DNA of 64,000 nt from Trypanosoma brucei (lineage: Eukaryota), in assembly GCA_000002445.1 (NCBI GenBank), contig CM000207.1, positions 2,912,001-2,976,000 of the forward strand. Reading direction: 5' to 3'. The stretch's first letter is position 1. Each line of letters starts with the position of its first letter. Shown piece by piece: positions 23,204-35,099 of the stretch. Under the pieces are notes generated by a model. The model had not been told where the DNA came from and did no database searches. It saw only the letters and a program-made list of their open reading frames with translations. The position numbers and the translations under genes are program-made.

Positions 23204-24258
23204 TTAACCTGTTCGTTGTTGTTTAGCATGGTCAAAAAACCACTTACGGTAAACTTCATTCTGGAGGTACACAGGTTGTTGCATCTTACTGTTTAGAACG
23301 TCAACTGTTGTCAGAAAGGTGTAATCACTCTCTTTTAAATAATGCATCACTATTATTGCCGTAATTAAAAGCTTCTGGGTGTGACTCTGAGTGCATAACA
23401 TAGCTACAATCTTGTATATTCACAGTCAATAGACCTTCAATTTTTATTTTGTGCCTTATCACCTCACCAACCATAATATCTTCGTTCAAAGCAGCATATT
23501 CAATATATTTTTCGAAATTTCGAAAGCTCACTTTGTTGGATAATAGTTTGGAAATTCCCGAATAGCCAACTATTTCTTTTACAACATCTCTCGAAATTGT
23601 GTTCGCATACCCAACGACATAACACGTCAGCTTTCCAATACTCGTCAAGTTCACCCCATGCTCTCCCCATATTCAATTTCTCTTGTGGCAATATTTCAAG
23701 GTATTGCAAATACAATGGCACCCTCATAAATATATCATCATCTGCTTTCATTATATAGGGATTAGCTGACTTGAATGTATCAACTGCAAATTTGAATCAC
23801 AAATATGTTTTTCTACTCATCGTGAGATCTTCTTCCCAAACCCAATTCCTCAGCCCTCCAACTTTTTTACTTGCTGTTGGATTCACATTACAAACAGACA
23901 AAATTATAATATCCTGGTATAACTCTGCCTCTTCTTTAACAATTTCTCTGAGCTCGCAATTATTATTTGTATGAGGGGAAAGAGCGTATACTATAAGAAA
24001 CTTTCCACTGAAATTATTTGACTTTCTCGCAACTTCAGAGTAACTCCAACACGTTTCTCCCTGTAAATTCTTTCTTCTAAATCTTTCATCATTATCTATT
24101 GAAGGTATCCCAGATACAACAAAATAATCTTCAGTTTTCCAAATCTTCCTTACATCTTTTGATACAAGTTTAATATACTCATCTTCAACAATCTCCAGTG
24201 AAATGGATTCACCCTCACTAAACAAACTGTAGAGTGACACACATAAATTAATCCCCAT
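23204..24258 (-). pseudogene. Beta-1,3-glycosyltransferase-like (UDP-Gal/UDP-GlcNAc-dependent GT family) pseudogene, split over frames 23797-24258, 23500-23751, 23325-23654, 23204-23401
   Basis: Motifs of the beta3GT (Galactosyl_T-type) fold: K-A-DDD-IFM (DxD), CYVVGYANTISRDVVKEI (like ..C.GGGY(V/L)(L/M)S.D(L/V)), NEDIMVGEV (like EDV(Y/F)xG). Frameshifts separate the pieces. The VSG 5' fragment lies about 150 bp downstream (on the minus strand). Confidence 0.55.
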
Positions 24259-25074
24259 AACAATAAAAGATAAGCAACTTACTGTTCTTTAGATACCTCC
24301 CATATTGTTCATAACTTCCTGTTTTCGTACTAATGAAAACTTTAAATATCTTATAATATCATAGAGGTTGTTAAGAAAGAAGTCAGTTGTGGCACTAAGG
24401 TGTTTATTTAAGGAAACGGTATTTACGTAAGCAATGTCTTTATATTGTTATCATGTATCTGTCGAAAGATGTATGTTCGGTGTGCGCACCTTATATTTTC
24501 ACCTGCATCTATATTTCCCTCTACACATTGTTATGTAAATTGCAGTAGCTAGGTGCGCCACTGGGTCATGTGTGCTAAGATTTTAAAGACTTCTGCGCTA
24601 CCTTCCCCGCCAATCGACTTTTATCATGAAAGACACATCATTATAAGTTGATAAACTACTGCTACTGTTGTTATTACAACAATCATCTCCACTTTTCCAT
24701 CTATCCATGTCTGAGTGAAATACAGCGCTTTATCGCCTCCTGTCTTGTTTCTCTGTGCTTTGCTGCGTCTTTTATTCTGTCCTTTACTTCCACATTTTCA
24801 GACTTTGGCGGTCACCGCCTCTGCCACGACCGATAAAATAGAGTCTCTGTGTCCCTCACTGTCCTCTCCATAGCTTTCTCTTATGTGGTGATGTCCGGCA
24901 GAGTGTAAGAAATTGCTAATATTTAAATCCTTTTATTTCTCCGTTCTTCTGAATTTCCTTTATTAACATTTCTCTTCTCTCCCATTCACCCATCTACTTC
25001 TTTAGTAGCAGTAGCACTGTTTTAAGTGCCTCTATTTTAGAAATCCATACAGTTTTCTCCACCACCCTTATTAA

Positions 25075-25150
25075 AAAATTAGTATATGCACACTTACAGC
25101 ACTCCCCTATTATTATTATTAGCCATACTATTATCACTATTACTATTGCA
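25075..25150 (-). repeat. Single 70-bp repeat unit, reverse orientation (GCACACTTACAGCACTCCCCTATTATTATTATTAGCC...)
   Basis: Reverse complement of the GT-rich core plus a short TAA tract. Lies upstream (on the minus strand) of the GT pseudogene/VSG fragment cassette. Confidence 0.65.
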
Positions 25151-25433
25151 ACCCCAAAAGTACTAATAATTAAAAAATCAATAAAATGAACCAAAAAATG
25201 ATTTTTATAATGGCAGTATTTTTTCATATTTTATTACCTTATTACTTTGGACCCATAGGACACATTCAGACATAAAATTTATATTTTTTAATTTTTCAAC
25301 AATCTACACATTTTTGTCAAAAAGTTTTAAAATATATTAAATTTTAGAAAATTTATTTCTTTTCTAAAAATATAAATTTTTATGAATTTTATAAAATATA
25401 GCAAAAATCGTTTACACACAATTCTTAAAAGTA

Positions 25434-26880
25434 TTATTCTAGAAGCAAAACTGCGAGAAAAAGAGGCGACTTGTTAATAACAGCATAATCGTTTCCTGTA
25501 GTGTTTGTTGTTCCTGAATTTTCACTGTTTTCTGTTTTTATTTTCTTTTTAACTTGTTTCTCATCTACTTCGCACTCCCCTTTCTCGTTATCCCCTCCTT
25601 TCCATGAGCATTTCGCTCCTGTGCAAGCTTTTTTGTTGTTTTTGTGTTGTGCGCATTCTTTTGTTTTTGCTAAGGTTTCGGCGTCACTATTTTTTTTTTG
25701 ACATTCTTCTGAGCAACGTTTTTGTTTGCCCACGGTCGTGCGTGGTAGATTAGGTCCTTCGTTATCTTGGCTTTCGCCTTTACTGCATCTGCAGTGTGCT
25801 GTCGGATTGCAACGGCTTTTTTATGTTTTCGTAATTTTCCTAGCAGGCTATGAAGTTGTCCCAGCCAAGGTATCACTTCGCTGGCTTTTCCCGCTCCTTG
25901 TGAAAGGCCGTTGTAGCTTACACATATGCCTCGCGTCTCTTGTGCTGAGCAGTCTGTACCTAGATACACACCGAGTGTGGCTTTACTTGTGCATAACTTT
26001 AGAAGGCTTGCTATAGCGTCTATTTTTGCTTCTAGCTTCGCTGCAGTTAGCTCGGCTGTTTTTTGAGTGTCACACAGCTTTTTCACTTCTTCCATCGTCG
26101 CTTGGTTTGGTGGCGTACCGGCGACGGTCCAATTCGAGGTCATGGCAGGATCGGCTCGGCATACTTTGTCTTGATTATGGGCATTGTTGGTGCTTTCTTT
26201 CATGCAGAGGCACGCCAGCGTGCCGAGGACCGTTTTGGTTTTGCCGGTGTTTTTTTCCCCCGTGCAAAGTGTGTCGCGGCTCCCTCCTGCCTGCTGCCTC
26301 AAAATTGCCTGTCGCTATCTCTGCGCCAACCGGCTCTTTGTCCCTCCCATACACCGCTGCGTTTAGCATTTGTTGCACGGTTTCGGTGGTTAGAAGGTCG
26401 GTTTTCGGTGCTTCCGCCTCTGCTTAGAGTTGAAGCGCTGCTGCTTCCGCTGCAATTTTTTGTACGTCGCAGCAGATGTTGGCTATCTGTTCCTCAGTTG
26501 CCCCTTTTAGGCCCCGCTGCTCTCTCTTGGTTTTAAGTTTATCGTCGGTCAGAATTTCTTCTTTGCTTTTCCATTCGTCCCATTTGGCCCCCCAGTCTGT
26601 TGTTTGATTGTAGTCGGCCTCAGGGAAGTCCCTCGCCGTGTTTTTTCCTGGCCCTGCCCTGAAGATTTCGCGCCATTCGTTTGTCGCCACCGACATGTTG
26701 AGGTCTAAGAGGTCGTTGAGGGCTGATGGGGGCCCGACTTTGGATGCGGGTAACATAGATCGCTGGCCGGCGAGTGTTACGATCGCACAAAGCGCCGTCG
26801 CTTCGTTAGCATTCGCGAGTTCAGAAAAATCGGCTGCCACCTTGAGTAAAAATACCGATTATAGCACTGTCGACAGGAAC
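25434..26880 (-). pseudogene. VSG: VSG pseudogene (frameshifted: N-domain 26424-26840, middle 25670-26302, C-terminal domain and GPI tail 25434-25733 ending ...GNDYAVINKSPLFLAVLLLE*)
   Basis: B-type N-domain (..ATALCAIVTL.., NMSVATNEWREIF), then ..LACLCMKES..., Cys-rich C-terminus and an Asn-type GPI signal, in three different frames. Confidence 0.7.
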
Positions 26881-27924
26881 AGTTGACGTGCCCACAGCAT
26901 TGAATATTTTGGTTTCGCTTGCTCAAGTTCCCTCGCTATGATTGTTCTTATCTTGTCCCTTGTAGGCTCTGCCTGTCGTGATAAGCAGTGAGGGGGATCT
27001 GGGGAGGTTAGTAAGTTTTGTTTTTTTAAGGTTGTTACTGCGGTGTTTGATTGTTTCGCATGTTGTTGGCTGCACCTTGGCGACGAGTTGTGGTGCAATA
27101 ATAGTGGATCGGCAGAATTTTCTTGTCTAACGGGTTCGCCGCTGTTCGGAGTCATGCATCCTGATTCCTTGTTTTTCCTCCCATAAGAACCGGTTGCGCA
27201 GGCGCTCGGATTTAAGTTGACGGTAACGCTTTTACTTACCCGGGAGCCTTGCGATGTTATCTCTTTTCGCTGCAAATGATCTACTCCTGTTTTCAAAATC
27301 TAACCCATATTAATTTAAAAATCCGCAAATCACATTCATCCATCCGCCTATAAACACCATTCTCTTTCCCCTCTATTTTTCAACTAATCTTCAACCCACA
27401 AAACAGCTTCGTGAATCAGTATAAACAACTTACTCTAATTGTTAACGCCTCTGTTCAACGTTGTGTGAAAAAGCAGATCCTTTCCCATTTATGCAGTAGA
27501 TTCTATCAGTTTTTGAGTAGCATATGGAAATCCTTCGCTTCTACCAACCCTGATGTATCATTTCTTTTACTGGGGTGTTGTCGCAAATACTGTCGTTTCG
27601 CTATGTATTTTATTTATTTTTTGTTAACTGCTGCTATCACAGTTTAAAAAATATAAAATCCACTTTTCCTTTACACTGCCCTATCTCTTTCCCTCTCGCA
27701 TTTATTACCCTTCATAACCTCCTTGTGTATGGTTATGCACGTATACATCTTTGCGCTTAAAATTGTGGATATTATATATTTATTTTTCTTCCTCTGTTTC
27801 TGCAGTTCCTTTCATTAATATTTCTGGTTTCCACTATATCTCACTTACTCCGTCAGCTACTTCCATTTCATCCTCAAAATTGTTTAATATCCTTCATTTT
27901 GGGCCGTGACTTTAGTCTTTCTTT

Positions 27925-28460
<536 letters not shown>

Positions 28461-28474
28461 AGGGATCTCGCAGG

Positions 28475-28640
28475 CATCGTGAGGGAAGTATGGGGTAGTA
28501 CGAGAGGAACTCCCATGCCGTGCCTCTGGTTTCTGGAGTTTGTCGAAGGGCAAGTGCTCCGACGCTATCGCACGGTGGTTCTCGCCTGAACGCCTCTAAG
28601 CCAGAAACTAGTCACAAGACCGGGTGCCCGTAAAAGCAAA
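28475..28640 (+). rRNA. Large-subunit rRNA fragment (sarcin-ricin loop / helix 95 region through the conserved GAACGCCTCTAAGCCAGAA block), an isolated partial copy and presumably non-functional
   Basis: GGGGTAGTACGAGAGGAACTCCC forms the universal SRL hairpin (AGUACGAGAGGAAC). The downstream CTGAACGCCTCTAAGCCAGAAAC matches the universally conserved LSU 3'-domain sequence (eukaryotic GACTGAACGCCTCTAAGTCAGAATCC). No other rDNA was recognised nearby. Confidence 0.55.
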
Positions 28641-28693
28641 AAGCAAAAAGAGAAAGAATAGGGAAAAATATAGTGTACATGTAAAGTGCGTTC

Positions 28694-28716
28694 CATATAT
28701 ATATATATATATATAC
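28694..28716. repeat. (TA)11 dinucleotide repeat
   Basis: Direct read: atatatatatatatatatatata. Confidence 0.85.
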
Positions 28717-31700
28717 ATACTCATTTATATAAGTGTGTGGGCACGGCTTGTGTGTATCTCTATATGGCTCACTGACGTTGAAGGGAATGCAAAAGTGTAT
28801 AATAACACTACATATGCGTGTGTATGTGTGTATATTACTTTGTATTTCTGTGTGAGACGTGTTTTATGTGCGGGCATATACGTATATAAATGCTCTTTAT
28901 ACCTCCGTCTCTTCCAGTTGGCTGTTCACGCTCAAGAAAAAAAAAACATATTCGAAACGAATATTATCTCGAATCGCCACTTCTCTTATCTGGTGGGCTC
29001 TGCCCGCCATTGTCGGCGCCAAGTACCTTCATTTTCACAAGATCTGTTTTGAACGCGTTGAACAAAAAACAAAAGCAACGGAGGAATTTCATTACTTATA
29101 AAATATATGTAATGATGCGGAGGTGTGAGAGGTATTATGTTATGCTTGCATCAACAATGCGCATGCATATTCACTCTATGTGTGTGTATGTTTTTGTCTG
29201 TATTGTTGCGCGTCACACTGTGTGGCACTATATATACATATATTAGGCAATGTTCCAATTATTTTTTGGTGCATTGTGTTGCTATGTTTGTGTAAGTGCC
29301 ACCAACTCTGTGAACCAAACCTATCTCTCTGTATATATTTATATACAATATAATAATATTTTGTCCCTCTCCAAACGAGAGTACATGCATGGACTGGCAT
29401 GAGCGGCACGCTCCACGACCGTGGGGCTCGAGGGGCACTTTACGTCCCGAGGCGCTGAACCTTGATGCTTGGAATTTCATGCTCAGGGACTTTTGAAGAA
29501 GTCATATATGTGTGCTTGTATATGTGTATGTGTGTTGTGTTACGTTGCGTCGAGATGTTGGGGCCGCATTCTCTACTATGTTTGTAGTCTCCTATATTGC
29601 ATCACGTTGTGACGGGAAGCGTGTTATTGGATGTGTGTGTATGGTCACTCGGATATTCTGCTATGCCGCAATCGTTCCATGGAAGAATAAAATTAATAGC
29701 ATGACATTGTGTTTTATAATAATATATTCTGTAAGCCTTTATTTTTTGCGAGATTCCCATTTACATATGAGTCTGTGTGCTGATTTCTGGAGAGTTGTCA
29801 TTAATACACACCAGCTCATCTCATCATAGTCTGAAAAAGCCTTACTCTATTATATATACATGGATTTGGCCTAACAGAGAATGAAAACACAGATCCTGTT
29901 GTATATAACATCCAATATGTCCAAGAGCCAAGGGTACATTTATTTATTGATGTTTACATAGATCCCATATTTGTCGCACTGGAGTTTATGCTCTTGATAT
30001 CACAATATATTATATGCTGAGGGGAGAGCTTGCACACGTATGGGGAATTTATAGGAATATTATAATAAGCTCCTTTGTGTTTGCCGCTTTTCTAGAAATG
30101 TGAAAATAATGCAAACTGTATATTTTGTGGCTGTGAAGGTTTGTTGTAATATATCGACATAGTTTTCCCCTGTACATACTAATAATATACCATGAGGCGT
30201 TATGTGCACAATATGGGAAGTGTGGCTACTGTATATGTTAGTTTTTAAATCTTCCTTCGGATGAAACACTAGTGTCACACCTCTCCTTCTCACATCATAT
30301 GTATGTGCTTCGCCTCACATTATTACTCCATACCATCGTGGTCTATTGGAAGAAATGATGTGGAATGATAGATTGGGTGAAAAACGAAAAGATCAGAAAG
30401 GCATGACTATCTTTCTCTAGTGTGTGGTGTACGCTGTTGATGCTTTGAAAGTTCTGCATCATCAAGTGATATCATATACCCGTATGCTGCGCTTGTGCAT
30501 ACGTATGTGTATATATTTTCTTTGATACATTCTCGGCGTAATGGAGAGTGTGTCCATGTCAGTTATTTTTTGTTTCGTTGACGAACTTACACACTTCAAT
30601 GCGAATATCCATCATTTTACACATGATGTAGTCGCTTAGCCCTATGCTAGGTGCGTGTGGTTGGTAAAAGATTAAGAAGAGAGAGGGTCTAAACAATATG
30701 TTAGAGGCTCGAAAGTAATGTTCAATTCAAAAGGATTTGGTTCTTTCCTTTCATCCCCTTCAAACTTTTTATTGCTACTGAACAAGAGGTTTTGATGGTG
30801 CATAAATGCGAACACTTAGTTCCTACCGTCGTACATGTTTTTTTTTTGGAAAAGTATAGACTGTTGTGTCAAAATACACGCATGTTCTGCGAGTAAGGAG
30901 AAACTCACGGTTATTGATGAAGTAAATGCGATTGGGCACAAAAATGAAAATTCCTCTATTCAATATACGCTTGTGGTTGTGAATTCCCATTATCGACATT
31001 GGAACTTCGAATGTCCTCGGCATGCTGTTGCAAGTTGTTTTAGTGAAGCGGCGTGTCAGCACCTGTTTTGTATTTTTTATTATTAATCACTTGGACTCGC
31101 TCAGCGTCTGACAAAGCGCTAGACTTCGCTTCTTTATTTTACGTGTCGCTGCTCTAATGTCTATGTTTAATATATGTTTATATATCAACATGTTTATTCA
31201 TTTAAATATTTTTGAGCGTTTAGGCATGTTGCAGGGTAAAAGTAACCTCATACAGTGGCTACTGGATTTGGCTATTCGATGTGGTTGTTGGAATTGGAAG
31301 TGTCTCCATATCTTTCGTTCCACCGAGAGGTAGAGTGCCATCATCCCCCTTCAAAAGCTCATATTTATGCAGTCTAGAAAATATGTTGAGGAAAAGAGTA
31401 TATCAATACACAAATGTCACGACATACACACTATTCATTTGGTATCTGTATTCAAGAAATGAAATGATTAAGACCGTGGCTTATAGTTCTCTGTTTTGGA
31501 GAGCTCTTTATATACATATATATATTTTGTGGACAAAAGAACTAACGTAATTGTGTGACCTTTCCGGGCATACATAACAGGAAGTTGATGGAAGCGGTTG
31601 CGTATCGCTCTACTCAGTGGTGAGTGCTGCTTTGGTGCGCAGTTACAACCTATCACCTATTATTATCACTATTATAGAAATAAATCACTCCTAATATTCA

Positions 31701-32005
31701 TAAAATAAACAACATGATCCAAAGTAGCGAATGTTCCAAAGGGCACTCATTTTCATACCCTATCACCATACCACTTCTCACCCACAGTCACTATTATACA
31801 CAATTCACTAAAATTTTCGTATTTTTCGAGTTTCTCAACCTTTCATAATTTTCATCAGAAAATGTTAAAATATAGCAAATTTTAAAAAATCCTTAGAATA
31901 CTAAAATGCTAACCAACTCATAAAAGCAGAAGAAGTAATCAAAGCGAATTTTTCATTTAGAATAATTCTGGAATATTTGCCTTTAATCCATCAACAGACA
32001 GATTT

Positions 32006-33406
32006 TTACGGATTTCTGACCCTCATTTTTCTTTTTTTACAGGCAGCCTTATCTTTGTGCCTTGTACACCTGTCTGATGGTATTTTGCCATCTTGATTTG
32101 TTGTATCTTCCTTCTCTATTTCTATACCTACTACGCACTTCTTTTCACCGTTTTCTGAAACTTCTTTGCACCCATCTTTGCAGTTATCTTCTTTCCCTTT
32201 CTTTTCGCATGTGGTGTTGGTTATTGTTACAGTAGCTGCTTGCTTTGTGGCTGGTGGCGCTGTCGTTTGTGTTGCTTGCGGGGGTTGTGGTATGGGCTGT
32301 GAGTATGCTGCTCGAGCTGTGTCTATCAGCCGCCTCGCGATAGCTGCTTGCGTCGCCGCTTCATTTGCCTTTTCTATGCTTTGTTGCATTGTGTTGTAGG
32401 CGCTGATTAGTTTTTCTCCCCATTTTATGCTTGCTAGCCCCTTTCCCGTTTTTTTGGTGTAAGCTGCACTGTAGTCGACGCATACTTCGCCGTCGCCGCC
32501 GTTGCAGTTGCCGGCGCCTCGCTTACCTAAGATATGGTAGACGGTTGTTCCTTGCTTGTGCGTCCGAATTCCTGCTGTGATACGTGTGATAATGCTGCCT
32601 AGTTCGGTCAGCGCTATTGGTGACGTCTCCTGTTTCTGGCATTCCCCGAGTACTAGGGTGTGTGGCGACCCTGTTAGGTCTGAGTTCCAGGCTATCGCCA
32701 GGCCACTGTTTTCGCATGTCTGCGGGTTGGGTGAACCGCTTTCAGCACACAGACAGATCATGTCGCCGATCACGGATTTGCCGCCGTTGGCGCTGCATGC
32801 CGCTCCCCAGTTAGTGAGTGCTGTTAGCGCTTTGGCAAGTACGAATTTGCTATCTTCTACGCCCTCGCCGTAGATTGCTGCTGATATTTGTTTAACTACT
32901 TGAGCTGGAAGCGTTGTGGTTGCTTCCTCTTTGGCTCCTTTGTACAGGGTATTCGTTGTTATCAGCTTCTCAAGGGTTCCATTTATTGAGCGGCGAGCTA
33001 CGGCAGCTGCCCATCCGGTTGGGGGCGGGTTGTTGTCTAACCAAGATTTTCCACTATCTTTTTTGGTTGTTTCGTGTTTAATCTGCAACCATTTGTCGTA
33101 CGTTTTCTGCCAGTGGCTCTTAAAGGGTTCGGCTTGCGCATGTTTGTGTTTTTGGGCGTAGGAGGCGGACTCGGGGTCGCCTGAGAAAATATCTTGCCAC
33201 TCATTGGCTGCCACTGACATGTTCATCTTTTCTATGTCCGCTATGTCACTATCAAAGTCGTCTGGCAGCTTCGGCATGGCTACTTCGCGCCCTCGCAAGT
33301 TTGCCGCATCGCAAAGCAGTAATAGGTCATGTCTGTTTTCTAGCGTTAATGCCGCCCTTCCGTGACTCGTCAGTGCTAGAATGGTGATTGCTAACGTAAA
33401 AAGCAT
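32006..33406 (-). CDS. VSG: VSG (466-aa ORF: signal peptide and complete N-terminal domain). The C-terminus is aberrant, with in-frame TAA (32006-32008) and TGA (about 31991-31993) separating it from an in-frame GPI tail EKFALITSSAFMSWLAF* (about 31899-31950). Likely a pseudogene as it stands
   Basis: MLFTLAITILALTSHGRAALT... B-type N-domain (NMSVAANEWQDIF, ICLCAESG), C-domain ...CEKKGKEDNCKDGCKEVSENGEKKCV.... The ORF ends ...CKKRKMRVRNP* without a hydrophobic tail. The tail is found in the same frame after two stop codons. Confidence 0.75.
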   Translation of the reverse strand: MLFTLAITILALTSHGRAALTLENRHDLLLLCDAANLRGREVAMPKLPDDFDSDIADIEKMNMSVAANEWQDIFSGDPESASYAQKHKHAQAEPFKSHWQKTYDKWLQIKHETTKKDSGKSWLDNNPPPTGWAAAVARRSINGTLEKLITTNTLYKGAKEEATTTLPAQVVKQISAAIYGEGVEDSKFVLAKALTALTNWGAACSANGGKSVIGDMICLCAESGSPNPQTCENSGLAIAWNSDLTGSPHTLVLGECQKQETSPIALTELGSIITRITAGIRTHKQGTTVYHILGKRGAGNCNGGDGEVCVDYSAAYTKKTGKGLASIKWGEKLISAYNTMQQSIEKANEAATQAAIARRLIDTARAAYSQPIPQPPQATQTTAPPATKQAATVTITNTTCEKKGKEDNCKDGCKEVSENGEKKCVVGIEIEKEDTTNQDGKIPSDRCTRHKDKAACKKRKMRVRNP

Positions 33407-34687
33407 GTGTTGTGCGTCTTATGTTTTGCAAAACGATGCGGATAATAAATTTGTCTGCTAAAATCTAAAAATTAGTAAAGGCTTGCATTTTTTGGCCCGT
33501 CGCAAATGTCATTCTGGTGATAGCAGCGGAATTGATCTTATTGGAAAAACATAATAACCATTATATCATGGCCAAAACGGCGGCAGGTCTGGCCTAACCA
33601 GCTGTTCTGTCCAATCCTATTCCCGGTTTGTTAGTGGGTAGCTTGCTATTCAGCAAACTACCTAAAAAGTTCGGGCAGCTGCGCATTCGTCTTCAAGAAT
33701 GGAGCCTTAAAAAATTCGTAGTCGCACATAAAATCACCAAGAATGCGTTTAAATACCTGTAGTCCAGAAGGCTTATGTTTTTTAAAGTCACGATTTTGCT
33801 GCAGAAGGTCATGGAATAGAAGATTGCACCGTTAGCAAAAATTTTATTTTCAGCAGGCTTTCCCCCTTTACTTCTCAATCCACATTGCTCTACATATATT
33901 GGATCTATTTATTACTCAATCAAATCATGTACTTCTTTAAATTAATGCACAGATATATACTCCTGAAAATTCAAATATTAAGGCATCTACCGCAGGGAAT
34001 TGTCTAATAATTGCTTGCTAGTGCACCTTTTTTCTCTAATAATACAACTCCTTTTTTTTTGTACGTACGCAATATGCTCTCTTGAAATACTTCGAAACGT
34101 GAATGCTTTGGGCCCATTTCCTTTTTGGCACAGGAAATTTTGTTTCTTTTCCCTTTTTCAACTCCCTCTCCTTCTTTATGCGCTTCATAAACTGTGTATT
34201 TCTCTTAATTTTAATGTGAATTACCAGGCCCGCAAGCCACGGAAAATTTTCGCCAGGATGCATATACGGCATCTTAGATGTCTTGTAGCTGACTTTTTGT
34301 ACATTATAAATATCTAAAATTTATATAGACTTTCTTATTCTTTTAAGGTCTTTTTCCTCTCTAACGTTAGTAAGCACGTTCTCATAACGCATTATTTTTT
34401 TTTATGTAAAAGGAAATGTTATCCCATTGTCCTTGCACGATGGACACTGCAGTTTCATGATTTGAACCTCCTATTGTTTGTGTGTAATGATAGCTGTAAC
34501 TTGCATTGTGTTACAGCGTGTCAATGTTTCATTTCTCTCTCTCGTTCTGCTTCTCCCTTAATAATAATATTCTTTGGACTGTCTCTTATTCCTTCACACG
34601 ATTACACTCACACTTACTTGATTTCCTTGCTCCTTTTTATTTGCCTTAAGTGTTACTATTCTCTATAACCATATGGTATTCACCACC

Positions 34688-34745
34688 ATTGTTTTTTAAA
34701 ACTGGTATATACACACTCACAACACACTCCTATCACTTTGATTAC
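34688..34745 (-). repeat. Single 70-bp repeat core, reverse orientation (CTGGTATATACACACTCACAACACACTCCTATCAC)
   Basis: Reverse complement of the GT-rich core. Upstream (on the minus strand) of VSG 32006-33406. Confidence 0.6.
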
Positions 34746-35099
34746 AACATCAACTAGTATCAATAAAATTAACAAAAAAAGAAAAGAAACTTGATAGAAA
34801 AGCACTTAATTTTCATATCATATTACGTTATTACTACATACACAAGTCACTATCATACACATTTTATTTTTTATGCTTTTTAATATTTTTCAACCTCTTA
34901 AAATTTTTAGAGATATGCACGTTTTCATCAAAAAAATGTAGTAATATATCAAATTTTAGCTATTTTAGAAAATTATTTTAAAACGGCAAGTTTCATAAAT
35001 TTTCATAAATTCGAACAGAAATCCTTAAAATTTTATATTTCTTAAAATTCTATGAAGTTCATAAAAACAACATATACATGTGGAAAAGAAACCGTCATA

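Noticed and set aside
23204-24258. Labelling the two non-VSG pseudogenes as ESAG3 copies (common in VSG arrays)
   Set aside because: I cannot recall ESAG3 sequence well enough to match it. In contrast, the K-DDD-F, ..GY..S.DVV.. and EDxxVG motifs fit the beta3-glycosyltransferase fold, so the GT call is preferred but kept at moderate confidence.
29380-29480. GC-rich island (GGACTGGCATGAGCGGCACGCTCCACGACCGTGGGGCTCGAGGGGCACTTTACGTCCCGAGGCGC...) as a second structured RNA or rRNA fragment
   Set aside because: It matched no conserved rRNA, snRNA or tRNA element that I can recognise by eye. It is only mentioned within the rRNA-fragment finding as context.
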